A stretch of DNA of 64,000 bases, taken from Prorocentrum cordatum. Its lineage: Eukaryota. Positions 12,890 to 26,800 of this stretch are shown one piece after another. Each line of letters starts with the position of its first letter. Positions within the stretch are counted from its first letter, which is position 1. The translations under genes and the position numbers were made by a program. A model generated the notes under the pieces. That model was not told the DNA's origin. It searched no databases and saw nothing but the letters and a program-made list of their open reading frames with translations. Location of the stretch: positions 372,001 through 436,000 of the forward strand of contig CAUYUJ010000048.1 in NCBI GenBank assembly GCA_963575745.1, read 5' to 3'.

Positions 12890-14770
12890 GGCAGGCAGGC
12901 AGGCAGACAAACAGACCGACCGACCGACCGGCAGGCAGGCAGGCAGGCAGGCAGGCAGACCGACAGACGGACAGAGACCGACGGAGACAGACGGGGACAG
13001 ACAGAAAGAGACAGAGACAGACAGAAGCAGACAAACAGACGGACAGAAAGACGGACGGACGGACGGACGGACAGACGGACAGACAGACGGGCGGACAAGC
13101 AGCCACACACGCGCACTCTCACACACGAACATACATACGACTCAACACAAAAAAACACAAGGATGCGCGGTTGCGACGTATCCTAGTTGTGGGGCTCTCA
13201 TTGTAGGTGTGATGCCTCCGCCTCCTCGCCGCCCCTCCCCTCCCGCTCCCTTCCTGACTCATATTGTATCATACCTACTCGCACTCCTAAGTATGAAGAG
13301 CTTGCTAATCACGAATATCCTTCGTATGGGGTGATTGTTTCCCGTAGCAGACGCATGGGACTATACCCAGCCATCTCCGATTTGTGGTGTGGGTTCGTGT
13401 TATTGGTGTCACGCCTACGCCGTGCTCACCTCACTCAATGACCCGCCGCCTTCTTTTCTGCTTCATGTTCAGTCCACTCACACTCGGACCCACCCAAACT
13501 TCGACTCACTCGTATTCAGGTTTTTCGCGATCAAGCACACTCATACCCAGATCCACTCATATGGAGGTTCACTGACACTCAGATAAGCTCATACCCAGAC
13601 TCACCCACAACGCTCATCTCACTCAGATTAGTTCTCATGGTTTTGTTACACCGCCGTCTACAAACCCTCAGAACCTTGGACTGTGTCTGATGGCTGCGGG
13701 GGGGGGGGCGGGTTCTGATATGGCCCCCATCGGCCAGGTGACAGAGCAGGCCCACACACGCACAGAGAACCCCGCTCGGCGTGCAGAGGGGCCTCGCCCA
13801 CGCGGGGGGGGACACAGGCCCCTCCCCTCCCCCTTGTGCCTCCGCCGCCGCCGCCGCCACCGCCGTCGCCGCCGCCGCCGCCGCCGCCGGCGCCTCTGCC
13901 GCCGCCCGCGGGCCCCGCCGCCGCGCCGCGGCCGCCGCCCGGCACGCCGCCGCGGCGCGCGCGCGGCCAGGTGGTCGACGGCGAGCCGCCCGCCGGCGCC
14001 TGGCCGCCGGCGCCGGCGCCCCGCGCGCCCGCGCCGGCGCGGGGCGAGGCGGAGCGGACGCCCCCGCCGCCGCAGGCGCGGCTGCCGTCGCACGTGGGAG
14101 CGCGGTCGTGTTCGCATGCGCGGCTTTGCCGATCGGCGCGGGCCCTCGCGCCCGGAGGACAGCCAAGGCGCTAAAAGAAGGAGCAGTTTGGGTACGAGAG
14201 GGGCTTTCTCTGGTCCTTCTATGGCTTTTCCTCTAGCCTTCCTCGTGCACGCAGGCGCTTGTGGGGCCAAAAAGAGGCTTCGTTCCTTGTTTATCGTTCC
14301 TTCTTTCAGCAGCCCGACTGTGGAGCTCGTGTGTTTGTGGCGCCCGTTTCGGGCAGGCAGAGCCCCCCACACAGGGCGCACCGTTGCAAACCGTCGCACC
14401 AGAAGTTGAGGTCCGGAGCCAGACCTCCCCCCCTCCCCTCCCCCTCCCCCTTCCGCGCAATGTCGAAACGCCCAATCAGCGAACGCTCACAACTTTCGTC
14501 GCCCCGCGCTGATGTCTCGGATCGGCGCCAGGCCCCTTCTGGCTGCGCCGCCCCTGGCGCGCTGCGTGCGCGCTCTGCGCGCCAGGGAGGGGGGCCCAGC
14601 GCAGATCCAGTCCGCGCGGAGCGCCGAAAGGTTCTGTTCATGCCGCGGTTCGTTCCCCCAGTGATGGCCGCCACCCTCGCCGCTGCCGCGCCGTTGCCGC
14701 CATCGTCGTGGTTCCCGTCGGAGCGCTGAGCAAGTTGGGCTCCTCTTTCTTCTCTGACCGACCTGGGCAG

Positions 14771-14808
<38 letters not shown>

Positions 14809-17800
14809 ACGAGAGAACGAGAGTTCTAAGATCGAGGTCCGAGGGCTTGGGGCATTTCGATGGGCCTTTGGAGGGCTCCTCGCCGTCGCGGCTGGACTCC
14901 ACCCGAAACTATGGTCAAAACGCACCTCGAGAGATGTCCAGGGGCCGACCTTTTCGGGGTCGCCGCAGAGAGAATGGGTACCGGACGACACGGGTTCCCT
15001 CAGGCGTTTCGCTGTTTCTCTGACTCCTGAGGCTTTGTTCCAGGCCCTAGGGTTACGTCGGGCACGTCCCTCTACAGGAGGACGACTCAAAAATTGTCAA
15101 ACATACGCTGGGGACGATTTCGTTTTAGCATTATTGGACTATTTTAGAATATGTTTAACTTGTTGCCCAAAGTCCCCCTGTAGGAGGACGTGCCTGACCT
15201 TACCCTCGGGAGTCGGCGATACGTCGCCGACAGGTCGGCGATGGGAAAGTGAAGGGATACGAGCCACGGGTAGCGAGAGGGCACGATCCTGGGCACGGAG
15301 GGGGATAAATGTCTGAGGAGGAGAAGGTAACCGCATGCCGATGATAATAAAGGGACCCCCCCCCTCGTCAGTGTTTAGAGTTGATTATCGTCGCCCTATA
15401 CAAAATTCAATTTGGGCGGCGAGCGCTGAGGCCGAACTTCATTATCAGCTCGAAACGCTATGTTGAGATAGCAACATCAAGCGATGTTGATATAGCAACA
15501 TCAAGCGAAGCGATCACACTTTTCAGGATGTGTCAAGCGAAACCAATAATTTTGGGAGGCAGACTCAAACGAAACGAGCAATGTTCTTATTATTCTTCTA
15601 CTTTCCTCTTCTTCTTTTATATTTCTATCTGTCCTCACGCTCGCCTGAACTTTTTTTATCCCTGGGGTTGATTATCCATGGAAAATGAAGCACATGAGCT
15701 ACCCTACACGAGCACTTTAAAACAATCAATTTTCATAAAGCGTTTGTAAATTAAAATGGACAGATTTGGAACTTTGGATTTTTCCTTTCTTCGTCCTTCT
15801 CTTATTATCCTATTATTCTTCTTTCTTATTATTATTCTACTGTATTCTTCTTCGTGTATATTGCTCTCTGTCCCCACGCTCGCCTGAACTTGTTTATTTC
15901 TGGGGTTGATTATCCATGGAAATTGAGGCACATGAGCTACCCTACACGAGCACTTACAAAAAAACAATGTTCATGAGAGATAAGCCATTGTTGAGGATAT
16001 TTCTATGAAAACTAAACGCCAAGGATGTCTCAAAACGTGCTCGGCTTGGTCTCCTCTTGATCATCTCTTACTTCGAGATTATGCTGAGGTCTGCTGGGCT
16101 ACTTTTATTATCTCTCCCTGAACCCCGAACTTTATTATCCCCTAGTGTTTATTCTCACGGGCATGAGGTTACCCATACCGCGACGTTGTCCTCGTTTCTC
16201 ATTTTGGGGGCCTCCTTGGCGGCCCTCGTCGCCACCGCTGGATTCGCCTCAACATTTTGGTCAGAACGCCCTCTGGGAGAGGTCCGGGAAGTAGCGGTAT
16301 CGGTACCCGTTGGTTCCCCCAAAATGGGCAATGGGGGGCAATCCCCTCTCTCGCCTCCCCTGACTTTCAGAAGTGGATGGTCGTGGGAGATTTTGCTGCA
16401 AGGAGGTGCAAGAGGTGCAGTGACTACCTGGCCCTGCAGCAGCTGCCTCCTGGCATAGCATTGAGTCGGGCATGCCCCTCTACAGGGAATGTTCAATAAT
16501 AGTAAAACATAGTTTGGTGACGATGTTCCATGCTCTTTTGGCTATTTTTTATGATATGTGGATTATTTCTTCGTTTTGCTTTTCCCTGCGACGAAGTCGG
16601 GGCCGACCCCATCTCGAGGTGTGGTTCCTCGAGCTGGATCGGCCCACGAGGGCCCCGATTTCTCTCCTGCCGCGATTCTTCACGACGCTCGGGCCTGAGG
16701 GGGCGGCGGCGGCGACGGCGACTGACAGCGGCGGCGGCGGCGGCCTCTGACGAGGGCCCGCCGAAGGTCGAGATTCGTGGCACGAGAGGACGTCCAGGGG
16801 CCAGCGACGACGACCACGGCGGCCGCGGCGACGCCGACGGCGACGCCCACGGCGGCCACGGCGGCGGCGGAGGCGCCAGACGACCCGAGGCCCACGGCCC
16901 GGAGGCGCCGCTGCCGGAGGCCGACGGCGGCGGCCCCGCGCCAGCCGGGGGCCTCACGGCCACCCTGTGGGTGGGCAACCTGCAGCCCTCGGAGTCGGGG
17001 GCCCGGGGTCGGAGATCGGGGGGATCAGTGCAGTACCGTCGGGGCGTTGACCTAAGGAACGATAAATAAGGAACGAGGCCCCTTTTTCCCATAAGTTAAC
17101 CTTCGGCTTCCCATCGAAAATGTAAGGAAAACCTTGGGCAAGGTGTAGAACAATTAAGGAACACCGAGCCCCTCCCCAACGAAAAGCGTTCCTTCTTCAG
17201 GGCCCCGACTGTAGGCCCGTCGACGAAGAGGACCTCCTGCCAGCAGGTCACCCATGGCGACCCAGGGGGAGGTCTCTCCTCCCCCGGTGGCCCCCGGGGG
17301 CCTGCAGAAGTTCTGGGGCACACCGCAGGAAGCTCAACATTCGAGGACGCGCGTGCCCCCAGATTTGTTCTAGCAAGGCTTCTGATCGCAACCGTACGAA
17401 GGAGTGGGGAGGAAGACCGACGTCAGTCCATGTGCGTATGTAAGAGGGCTCGTTGTCGGCGCCGCAGTGGGCGTTGCTCGAATGAGACGAATTGTAACTC
17501 GCCCAACTGCGGCCGCTGTCGGCTTTGGACAGCATCTACTGCTGGGCATCTTGACATTTGTTCCATCGCATTTCAGGCGTGCCAAGGGGAGGGGCGCGCG
17601 ATCGCCCCGACGATAGGCTAACTATCTCTCCGCCGATTGGCTTCGCCAGGAGGTCACCGTGAGGGGGGGGGGCCGAACGGTCTTGTACTGCCCCTGGGCG
17701 CGCGGCTAAGGTGCGGCTCCGCGGTGCAGAGTCACGCTCGGACTGGCCCCGCGACCCACCCGCGACCCGCCCCCGCGACCTGCACCGCGGACATGCCCCG

Positions 17801-20800
17801 CAATCTGCCCGCGACTCACCCGCGACCCACCCGCGACCCGCCCCAGAACCCACGTGCGACCTGCCCCACGCGCGTTCTGCCCACGACACGCCGCGCAATC
17901 TGCCTGGCGACCTGCCGACGACCCTCCCGCGTCACACCCACCCGCTTTGCTACCTGGGCCGTCTTGGGGCTGTGCTGGGTTCACATGGGGCCCTCTGGGG
18001 GTACTCTGGTGACCCCCTTGGGCCGCCTTGGGGCTTTCTTGGGTCGTCTTGTTGCCGACGTGGGCTCTTGTCGGCCGTCTTGGGAGTCTCTTTGGGCTGT
18101 CTTGATGGAGTCTGGGAGCCCTCTTGAGCCATCTTGAGGCCCTCTTGGGCTATCACGGGCTTCCCGTCTTGGGGCCCTCGTGGAGCTTCCTGGGCCGTCT
18201 TGGGGGGTTCTGGAAGTCCTCATTGGGCATGATTGGTCTTTCTTTGGTTCCTCTGGGGCAATCTTGGAACCGCCTTGAGCCGTGATGCCTCCAGGCAGCG
18301 CAGTACAGAAACATGTTCACTCGCACCCAGTCCCCCGCAGATGCGGATACGAGAGAGGGTGCAGAAAGCACAACCGCTCGGGCACCCTCTCTCTGATAAG
18401 AGTGCCCTCCCGGAAGGCCTCGTCGCATTCTCTTAGATGTTATCAAGGCGTCATGGGTCCCCTTTGGCGACTCTTGTGGACCTATGATAAGAACGCCCTC
18501 CAGGAAGGCCTCCTCGCATTCTCTTAGATGTTATCAAGGCGTCATGGGTCCCCTTTGGCGACTCTTGTGGACCTATTCGGCCATGTTGGATGTCTCTTGG
18601 CGACCGATGTCCTTTCTCGGCCGTCTTGGAAGCGCCGGGCCCTTCAGGGAGCCTGGGGAAGGGGGGGATGCTTGCAGTGAGGTGCGAGGAGGAGGAGGAG
18701 GAGGAGGAGGAGGAGGAGGAGGAGGAGGAGGAGGAGGAGGAGGAGTTGGAGGAGGAGGAGGAGGAGGAGGAGCAGGCATGGGGTCCCTTGGAGACCTACA
18801 GAAGCCCCACCAGACAGCATTTGGCATTCTTCCACGCCCCCCTGGCGCATGACGTGCCCCGCCTGGGCGACAGCCGGGCACACCTGCGCACGCCGCCCGA
18901 CCCCTCCACGCGAGCATCCGGCGCGGCCTCCGCGCGCTTGCCTCCAGCCTCCCCGGGAGCCCGCCGCCGCCAGCGCGGCCGGCGAAGCCCTACACCTCCG
19001 CCTTCGCTCTGCCCCCCCGCGGCCTCGCTCTCCGCCCCCTTCTCTCGCCTGTCGCTCTGACCGCGCCGGCCGGCGACAGAAGAGAGGTGGGCCTGGCCGG
19101 AAGAGTGCGCACCGCCACCTGCCGGGGGGGTGCAGGATGGATCGATTTGCGGGGTGCGGGCGAGCACCACGAGAGCGCCCGAAGAGGTGCACGACTCGGA
19201 CGGGGCCAAGACGAGGATCAAATCCGCTCCAGAGCATTCTGGAACGCTCTCAGAGCGTTGCGGAACGCTCTGAGAAGGCCGCCCGAGACATCCTCCAGAT
19301 CTGCTTGGCCTTAGAAATTCTAGATTTATCCTCACCCGTTTTTGCCCCCGTCCTAGCGTCGTCTTAGTATAGGATGTTGGATTGGCCGATCTGCGTGGTC
19401 TAGGCGAGCACCACGGGAGCGCCCGAAGAGGTGCACGACCACCACCGACCTGTCCTTGATCGGGGCGCGCGCGCGCGGACAGGTCCAAGCAGGGCGCGCG
19501 CGAGCGGCAGCTGCGGGCGCACGTCGCGGGCTGCCTGCCCGAGGGGCAGGGGGCGCAGATCCGGAAGGCGCTCCGCCGAGAGGGAGGGGGCCGCTCGGCC
19601 GCGGGTCGCGGTCACTGGTCGTCTTGGGTCGCGGTCGGCGGTCGTCGACCACGGTCCCAGGGGAGGAGAAGATAAGTCCCAGTGCCGCTGACCTTCTTCT
19701 AGCCGTTCCCTCTGGCTCCCTCTCGCCTTTCCCCCTCGCTCCCTTGTCCTGCGCCTCCTCCTCCTCCTCCTCCTCCTCTTCCTCCTTCTCCTCCTCCTCC
19801 TCCTCCTCCACTTCCTCCTCCTCCTCCTCCTCCTCCTCCTCCTCCTCTTCCTCCTCCTCCTCCTCCTCCTCCTCCTCCTCCTCCTCCTCCTCCTCCTCCT
19901 CCTCCTCCTCTCCTCCCCCTCCCACTGACAGTACTTGATGTTTTTTTGAGACGCGCGCGAAGCTCAACATTAGCCTTGTCTGGCCGATGCGCCGTGCAGG
20001 CGCCTGGCGCGCACCCGACGCGACCCGCCGCCTTCCCTGGTCGCCACCGCGGGATGCGCCTCGAGATCCTGATCCCAACGCATCCCAGGGGGAGGCCGGG
20101 AGTAGCTGTAGATCTCCCTCTCGCTCCTTCTCGCCTTTCCCCCGCGCTCCCTCGTCCTCCGCCTTCTCCTCCTCCTCCTCCTCCTCCTCCTCCTCCTCCT
20201 CCTCCTACTCTTCCTCCGCCTCCTCCCCTCCTTCTCCTCCCCATGTCTTTACAGCGTATGATTTCTCAGCATACCTTCGTCTGGCCGATGCGCCGTGCAG
20301 GCGCCTGGCGCACCCGACGTGACCCGACCGCTGACCTTCCCTCGTCGCCACCGCGGGAGGCGCCTCGAGAGCCTGATCCTGACGCACCCCAGGGGGAGGC
20401 CAGGAGTAGCGGCCCATTGCATGCCACGTGCACAGCGCTTCTAATCGTAAGCTATTGCTTACGAGCTTTGGGGGGTCGAGGGCGATCACTCGTAGGTCAG
20501 TGTTCGCGGTGACTTCACGCTGTCGTTTTCGAGGGCTTGCCCGCTAATTCCCCCCCCATCTTGTTATCTCGCCAGCTGCGCCAGGTTACTATGCACCGCA
20601 GTGGGCGCTGCGCGTTCCTGGATCTGAACAACGCGGAGATTGCGAACAAGATCGTAGCCGCACTCAAGGGTAGCGAATTCGACGGGGCTACCTTGGCGAT
20701 TCAGGGACACACTCTGAAAATGTTGCCATGCTGTTGAATGGACAGAATCATTCGTTCAACGAGTGCGAAACTGGATGTGATTACGGCAAGTGTGTTCCCA

Positions 20801-23800
20801 ATCACGACGGCGCTTGTGAGGGTGCCTAGGCTCTTTCTTCAGCCCTCTTTTTTCCCTCTTACAGTATTGCTCAAGCTGTTGCGTGGGCTCGTCTTTCTGG
20901 CCTCAGTGTGTCAATGGTGTCTGGTCGGGTGAGGCTTCTTTTTGGACCGATCCATGCCTGCGCGGCGTCGTATTCGTTTTGACTGCCGTTGCCGCAGGTA
21001 TCGGGAATCACGACGGCAGTTGACCACGCTGTGTGGCGCCAACATAGCGCCGTGAGAATTTGCATGAGGAGAGACATGCTGCTGGTACGAGTTTCGCACG
21101 GGTTCGTTTGCCCACCTGGCGAAGCCTCCCAACTGTGACGAAGCAGCAGTGACTGACGGGTCGGACGTGCGCTTCGCGGCCTGGTTGGGCATGCGCACCT
21201 CCTCGTGGACTCGATACCCCCGGACCCACCGCTTGGCAGTCCCGCTAGACGGGTCGCTGCCCCGCCCCCGCGATCTAATGCGACCCCCGACGTCGTCGTA
21301 GTTTACTACTTGGCCCCACGGCCCTCAACCCCGCCCGCACGACCCATTTATCGTTGTGCTGTTTCTGTTTGGGGGAGGGGTCCTGGTGCCCTGAGGCTGC
21401 CTTGTGATCGTTTTTTCATTTGTTGTTTTGCCCATCGGCGCGGGCCCCCCTCCCCCCCCCCCTCCCTCCCCTTGGAGTAGATCTTGGCCGTTTTTGGCGC
21501 CTGTTTCAAGCAGGTGGGGACCCTCCCCCATAGGAAGCACTGTCGCAAACGGCCGCATTGAGCAGAGGTCCAGAGCCAGACGCCCCCCCCCCCTCCCCCC
21601 CCCTCTTCCGCCCAGTGCCGAAACGCAGAGTAAAACAAAAAAAGTTCACCTTCTGGAAGCCGAGGCTGGCCAGAGTGCCAGCCGTGCCCTTCCCGCGGCT
21701 CCGGGTCCGCACAGCAGGCGCCAGCACGCCACCACCGTGGCGGGCCAGGGCCATCCCGGCCCCCAGGGGTGGCGCACCGAGCCTTCCGCTCCGAGCCGCG
21801 GCCACGGGAGCAGACGCACCGTGCCAGGGCCCAGGACGGCCCTGGCATGGCGCACGGGGGTGTTAAGGGTGCCTTCCCGCGCTTGCGCCCGGCCTGGACG
21901 CCCGTCTGCCCATCCCGTGCCGCCTCCCCGAGGCGAGCCGGCTGGTCCAGGTGAGGCGCCACTCCCCGAGCTGCGACGCCATTGGCGAGGCCCAGAAGAA
22001 GACGAAGAAGCGCCGCTCCAGCGCGGAGGGCCTAGTGCGCCGTCTCCGGCGCGCCAGGCATCCGAGGGGCTCGATGTATAGGGCACGTCGTTGACGCTGC
22101 AGCATCCCGCAGTGTGGCTGGAGTGTCTGACTGTGCACTGAGGCTCTTGGCCGACCCGCGACGATTTGGTGAAGACCCGGAGCCCCTCACGGGGCAGACG
22201 CCCCCCAGCGTTCACAGGCTCGGTCCCCCGCGGGAGCGCGGAGGCGATGACGGCTCAGCCATGCGCCTCGGGTAATACGAGGTGCTGACTGCGGATCGGG
22301 GCGCCTCAGACAAGATCGTGGCGGCTGTTCTTTTGTCTGCTTGGCTTGGGCTTCAGAAGGCGGGTTCTGGGATCTTTGCCCGCCCAAACATGGTCCAGGA
22401 CAGCACATTGATTCCTAGCGGGGTGGGGTCCAGATGTCCGAGGGCCCGCGTCACAAAGACATGTGACTTCGGAAAGGAGGTGGGGAGGTGGAGAAAGGGA
22501 GGAGGAGAAGAAGGACGAAGATGGGGAGAAGGCGGAGGAGGAGGATGAGGAAGGAGACGCGCAGGAGGAGGAGTAGGAGGAGGAGGAGGAGGAGAAGGAC
22601 GAAGATGGGGAGAAGGCGGAGGAGGAGGAGGAGGAGGAGGAGGAGAGGAGGAGGAGGAGGAGGAGGAGGAGGAGGGAGGAGGAGGAGGAGGAGGAAGGAG
22701 ACGCGCAGGAGGAGGAGGAGGAGGAGGAGGAGGAGGAGGAGAAGGTAGAGGAGAAGGAGGAGGAGGAGGAGGAGGAGGAGGAGGAGAAATGGTCCGGGGC
22801 GGGTGCCAGCGGCCGCCAGCGTCGAGCCAGATTTTCATCGGCACCACTCCTGGCCTGGCCCTCCTTGACGTCGCCGTGCAGCATGCGGTCCCGTGCCAGA
22901 GGCCTCCTCGCAAACGCCGCCAACAGTCAGAGGGAAACACAAATTCCGATAAGGCACGTTCGCCCTGCGTTGACGCGGCGGTGACGCCAGCTCGGGCTTT
23001 CAAGTTTAACGCAGTCAGTGGCCCGGAATCGCCAGTGTCGAGCGATTTGCGCTATCGGAGAGCTGCGATCGTTCAAGGTTGAACGATCCACTCGGCGTCA
23101 GAAACCAACGCCCGCGACATCGCGTTGCGATCCAGCCCCGCCGATGCCCGTCCCTCGTTTTTGCCTTGTTGGGGGCCTCCTCGGGGGCCCTGGTCGCTAG
23201 TCAGAGCGGAGGTAGTCGGCGATCGATGATAATACGTAATTCTGTACACTGCTACCCCGCGCTCGGAGCCCCCCCCGGGGGGGCGGGCAGGGCATGGATA
23301 AAAAAAGGTGGCCTCCAAAGGCCAGCTCTGTATCCACGCCTCCCCATCCGCCACCTCGCATGCTCTGGCGTCCTTGAGATCCGACGTTGCAAACAAGTGG
23401 CAGCATCGCAACAAAAATCACGACCTGACCCCTGGACCCCATCTTTCTGCGTCATTCTTCGGGCCGGATCGATCTGTGAGAACCCCGGGACCCGACATGG
23501 AGCGAAAACGCCCAGCTCGAAAAATCTGAGCCAGACCCCCGGACACTATCTTTCTGTGTCATTTGTCGGGCCGGATCGAGCTGTGCGAGCCCCAGGGCCC
23601 GACAGGGAGCGAAAACGCCCGGCGCTCGAAAAACCTGCGTCGCCAGGACCTCTCGGGGGCACGGGCACGGAGCAAGCGCCGACCGCCCAGGCGGCGCCCA
23701 AGGAGGAGGCCTCCGACGCCGAGGCGTCGCCCAAGGAGGAGGCGTCTGACGCAGATGCGTCCAGCGCCGCGGGGGAGCCCAGCACGGGCGGGGGCTGCCC

Positions 23801-26800
23801 GCCGCCGGAGGCAGCCGCGGGCGACTCGCTCCCCTCATGGGAATGTTTTCCACCACAACCACCATAAGGGGGAGGGAGGAGGGAGGAGGGAGGAGGGAGG
23901 AGGGAGGAGGGAGGAGGGAGGAGGGAGGGAGGAGGGAGGAGGAGGAGGAGGAGGAGGGAAGGAGGAGGAGGAGGAGGAGGAGGAGGTGGAGGAGGAGGAG
24001 GAGGAGGAGGAGGTGGAGGAGGAGGAGGAGGAGGAGGAGCAGCAGGAGGAGCAGCAGGAGGAGGACCCCCTCCCCCTCCAACTCATGGTGGTGGTGGTGG
24101 AAAACAGGCCCATCGTCCCCCACGCGCGCGCGCCGACGGGCCGCAGCCCCGGGCGCTGCTGGTGCGGGGCTGCGCTGCCAGAGGGCCCCGGAATCTCACC
24201 CGCGGCTCCCTGCGCTGCAGGCCGCCTCTCAGAGGCAGCGCTCATCAACGAGCGCGTTCCACTGCTCGCAGAGCAGCTGCCCGCAAATGTCCGAAGTATT
24301 ATCTGTTTGCTTCGGTGTAATATATCGTGAATCTCCTGGGGCGGATCCAAGCCTTTTGCAAATAGTTGCTGTGCGAGTCGTGGAACGCGCTTGTCTCGTT
24401 TAGGGGGGATTTGGCGCCGATGTAGCGTCGACTAGTGCCGATTAGCGTCGACTAGCGTCAGACAGTCGATGGGCCAGTGGCGATGCAGCGTCGATTGGAA
24501 TCGATGATGGTCGATGTTGCGTCGATTTTGCATCGATTAACGTCGACCAGCGTTGATTGGCGTCGATTAGCATCGATTCGGAAGAGCCAACAAGATGGTG
24601 CTGGAGGGTCCCATGAGTTGCCGCCGAAAAACGGAAGGCTAGGCGGCTAGGCTCAGGGGGGGTGAATTGACCCCCCCTCGCCCCTTGATCGCCGATATGG
24701 GCCCGATAGCCCACCCTGCCTGCCCAGGACCGTGCGGATTCGCCATCGGGGGCCTATCGCTGATCGACTAGCGATGCGTCGCCGATTCCGGGTCGATGTT
24801 TCTCCCCTGAGCTGGTCTCGGGCTCACTGAAAGAAGGAGGGAGAGGATCATCGGAAATTGGAACATATCCATTACCAGTGGCGGGCTGCTTTTCGATCCC
24901 AAGACTTTTTGAGGGTCGGGGACGACGTCGGGGTGGTGCGGTGTACACTTCTTTCCCCGTCTCCTCGGGGAACCAGCAAAAATGTTCCCCCCCGAGCGCC
25001 CCCCCCCCCCCCCCCTAAAAGCGTTCCCCCCTCGGAGGAGGGAGGGAAGTGGGAGGATCGAGGCCTTGGGGAGTTGTGTCACCCGTTCTGCTGCCACTCG
25101 GGTGGGCCCCTCGTCGCCAGGGGCTGCCCCCGACGTCCCGGAGAGGCCTGGCCGCAGGAGGCAGGCAGGGAGGGCGGAGACATCGGAGGAGTGTGTCTGC
25201 TTTTGCTTCTCGCGCGCCCTCCACGTCGTGTCCGGATTAGGGGGATCGGAGGAGGGGCGCCAGGAGGAGGGCTGAGGGCATCGGATGTCCTGGGAGGTGT
25301 TCGTGGGCCTTCCAGGGGTTCCCCCAGATGTCCAGAGAGGGATGTTTCCCGAGGGGGACGTGGGAGGAGCAGGGGAAAAGAGCATATGTCGAGAAGGAGG
25401 AGATCCTAATTCTAGACGCTTCGCGTAACCCCACAAGCCCATCCAGAAACGATGCCCAGAGGAATTGCCTCGATCAGGGAAGTGGGCAGCACACAGAGGA
25501 AGGATCCTCCAGTGGAGGCTTCTTGGAGCGTTTTGGGGGCCTCTTGGCGGTCCTGGACGCATCTTAGAGCGTCTCGGGTGCCTCGGAGAGCTTCTTGGGG
25601 CCTCTTGGAGGTCTCTTGGGAGCCTCTTGGACGCCTCTTGGGCGCCTGTTGGGGCCTCCTGGGGCCTCCTGGGCGCCTCTTGGGGCCCTCTTGAAGCGCT
25701 CGTGGGAGCCTTGGGAGCGCTCTTGGGACATCGATCAAACAAGAGGGGATCATTAATTAGCGTTGCCCCTCGGGAGACCAACAGGTAGCCTCTTGGGGCG
25801 CTCGTGGGGCGCTCTTGGAGCGCTCTTGGGCGTTCTTGGGGCCGTCTTGAGGCTCTGGTGAGCCTCTCTTGGAGCCCTCTTGGGCCATCTTGGAGCCATC
25901 TTGAGCCCTCGGATGGCCATCGGAAGCGAGAAGGCGAGAAAGCCAAACATATTGATGTCCCCAAGGTTTTGGAATGATTTGGGCCTCTTCGGGGCCTCCT
26001 GGGGGAGCTATTTGGCCACTTGGAGCTGTCTTAGAGCGGTCTTGGGGCCTCTTGGAGCATCGTGTGAGTCATCTTGAGTCGTTTTGGGATATCTTGGGCA
26101 ATCTTGGAGGTCATCGTGGGCTCTCCCAGGCGCTCTTGGAGTCATCTTAATCAGTGACCCCCCCAGGAGGCCAACATGTGGCCAAAACCTTAGTAAAACC
26201 AATGAGTTTGGCATGCTCGCCGACGCCTCTTGGAGCGTCTTGGGTGCCTCTGGGGGGCCTCTTGGGGCCTCTTGGGGGTCTCTAATCTAGGGAGCCTCTT
26301 GGGGGCATCCTGGGGGCCTCTTGGGGCCTGGCTACCTCTTGGGGGCCCTCTTGGGGCACCCTTGGGAGCCTTGGGGACCATTGTTGGGCCATCTTGGGTG
26401 AGATCGACCAGAGGAGGGGAGCTCCCCAATTAGCCCCCCCCAGGAGGCCAACATGGGGCTAAAACCTTAGTAAAACCTATGAGTTTGGCTTCCTCGCCGA
26501 GGCCGTTTAGGACGCTCCAACTACCCGCGGAACCCCCCGTCCAGGTCCAGGGGAGGGGGTAGGGGGAGGGGTCACGCTACCCACCCGCCCGCAAGCCGTC
26601 TTGATCACTCCCACCCGCCCTCCCAACACATGAGTAACACCCCAGCCTGAGCATGCTCAGCGGTCTTCTTTCGATCGACTGCTACTGGGAACCAAGACCG
26701 AGCACATGTGCGCGACGCTGGGGCGAGGTGCGCCACGCGTGCCAGTCGCGCCACGCGCGCCAGGCACCCCTGTGACCCGAGCGTGCCAGACACGCCTGGT

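Noticed and set aside
22100..22880. Fragments TRDDLVKT, DKIVAAV and QIFIG suggesting a second RRM
   Set aside because: Wrong order and no consistent splice/phase path; too short to exclude chance.
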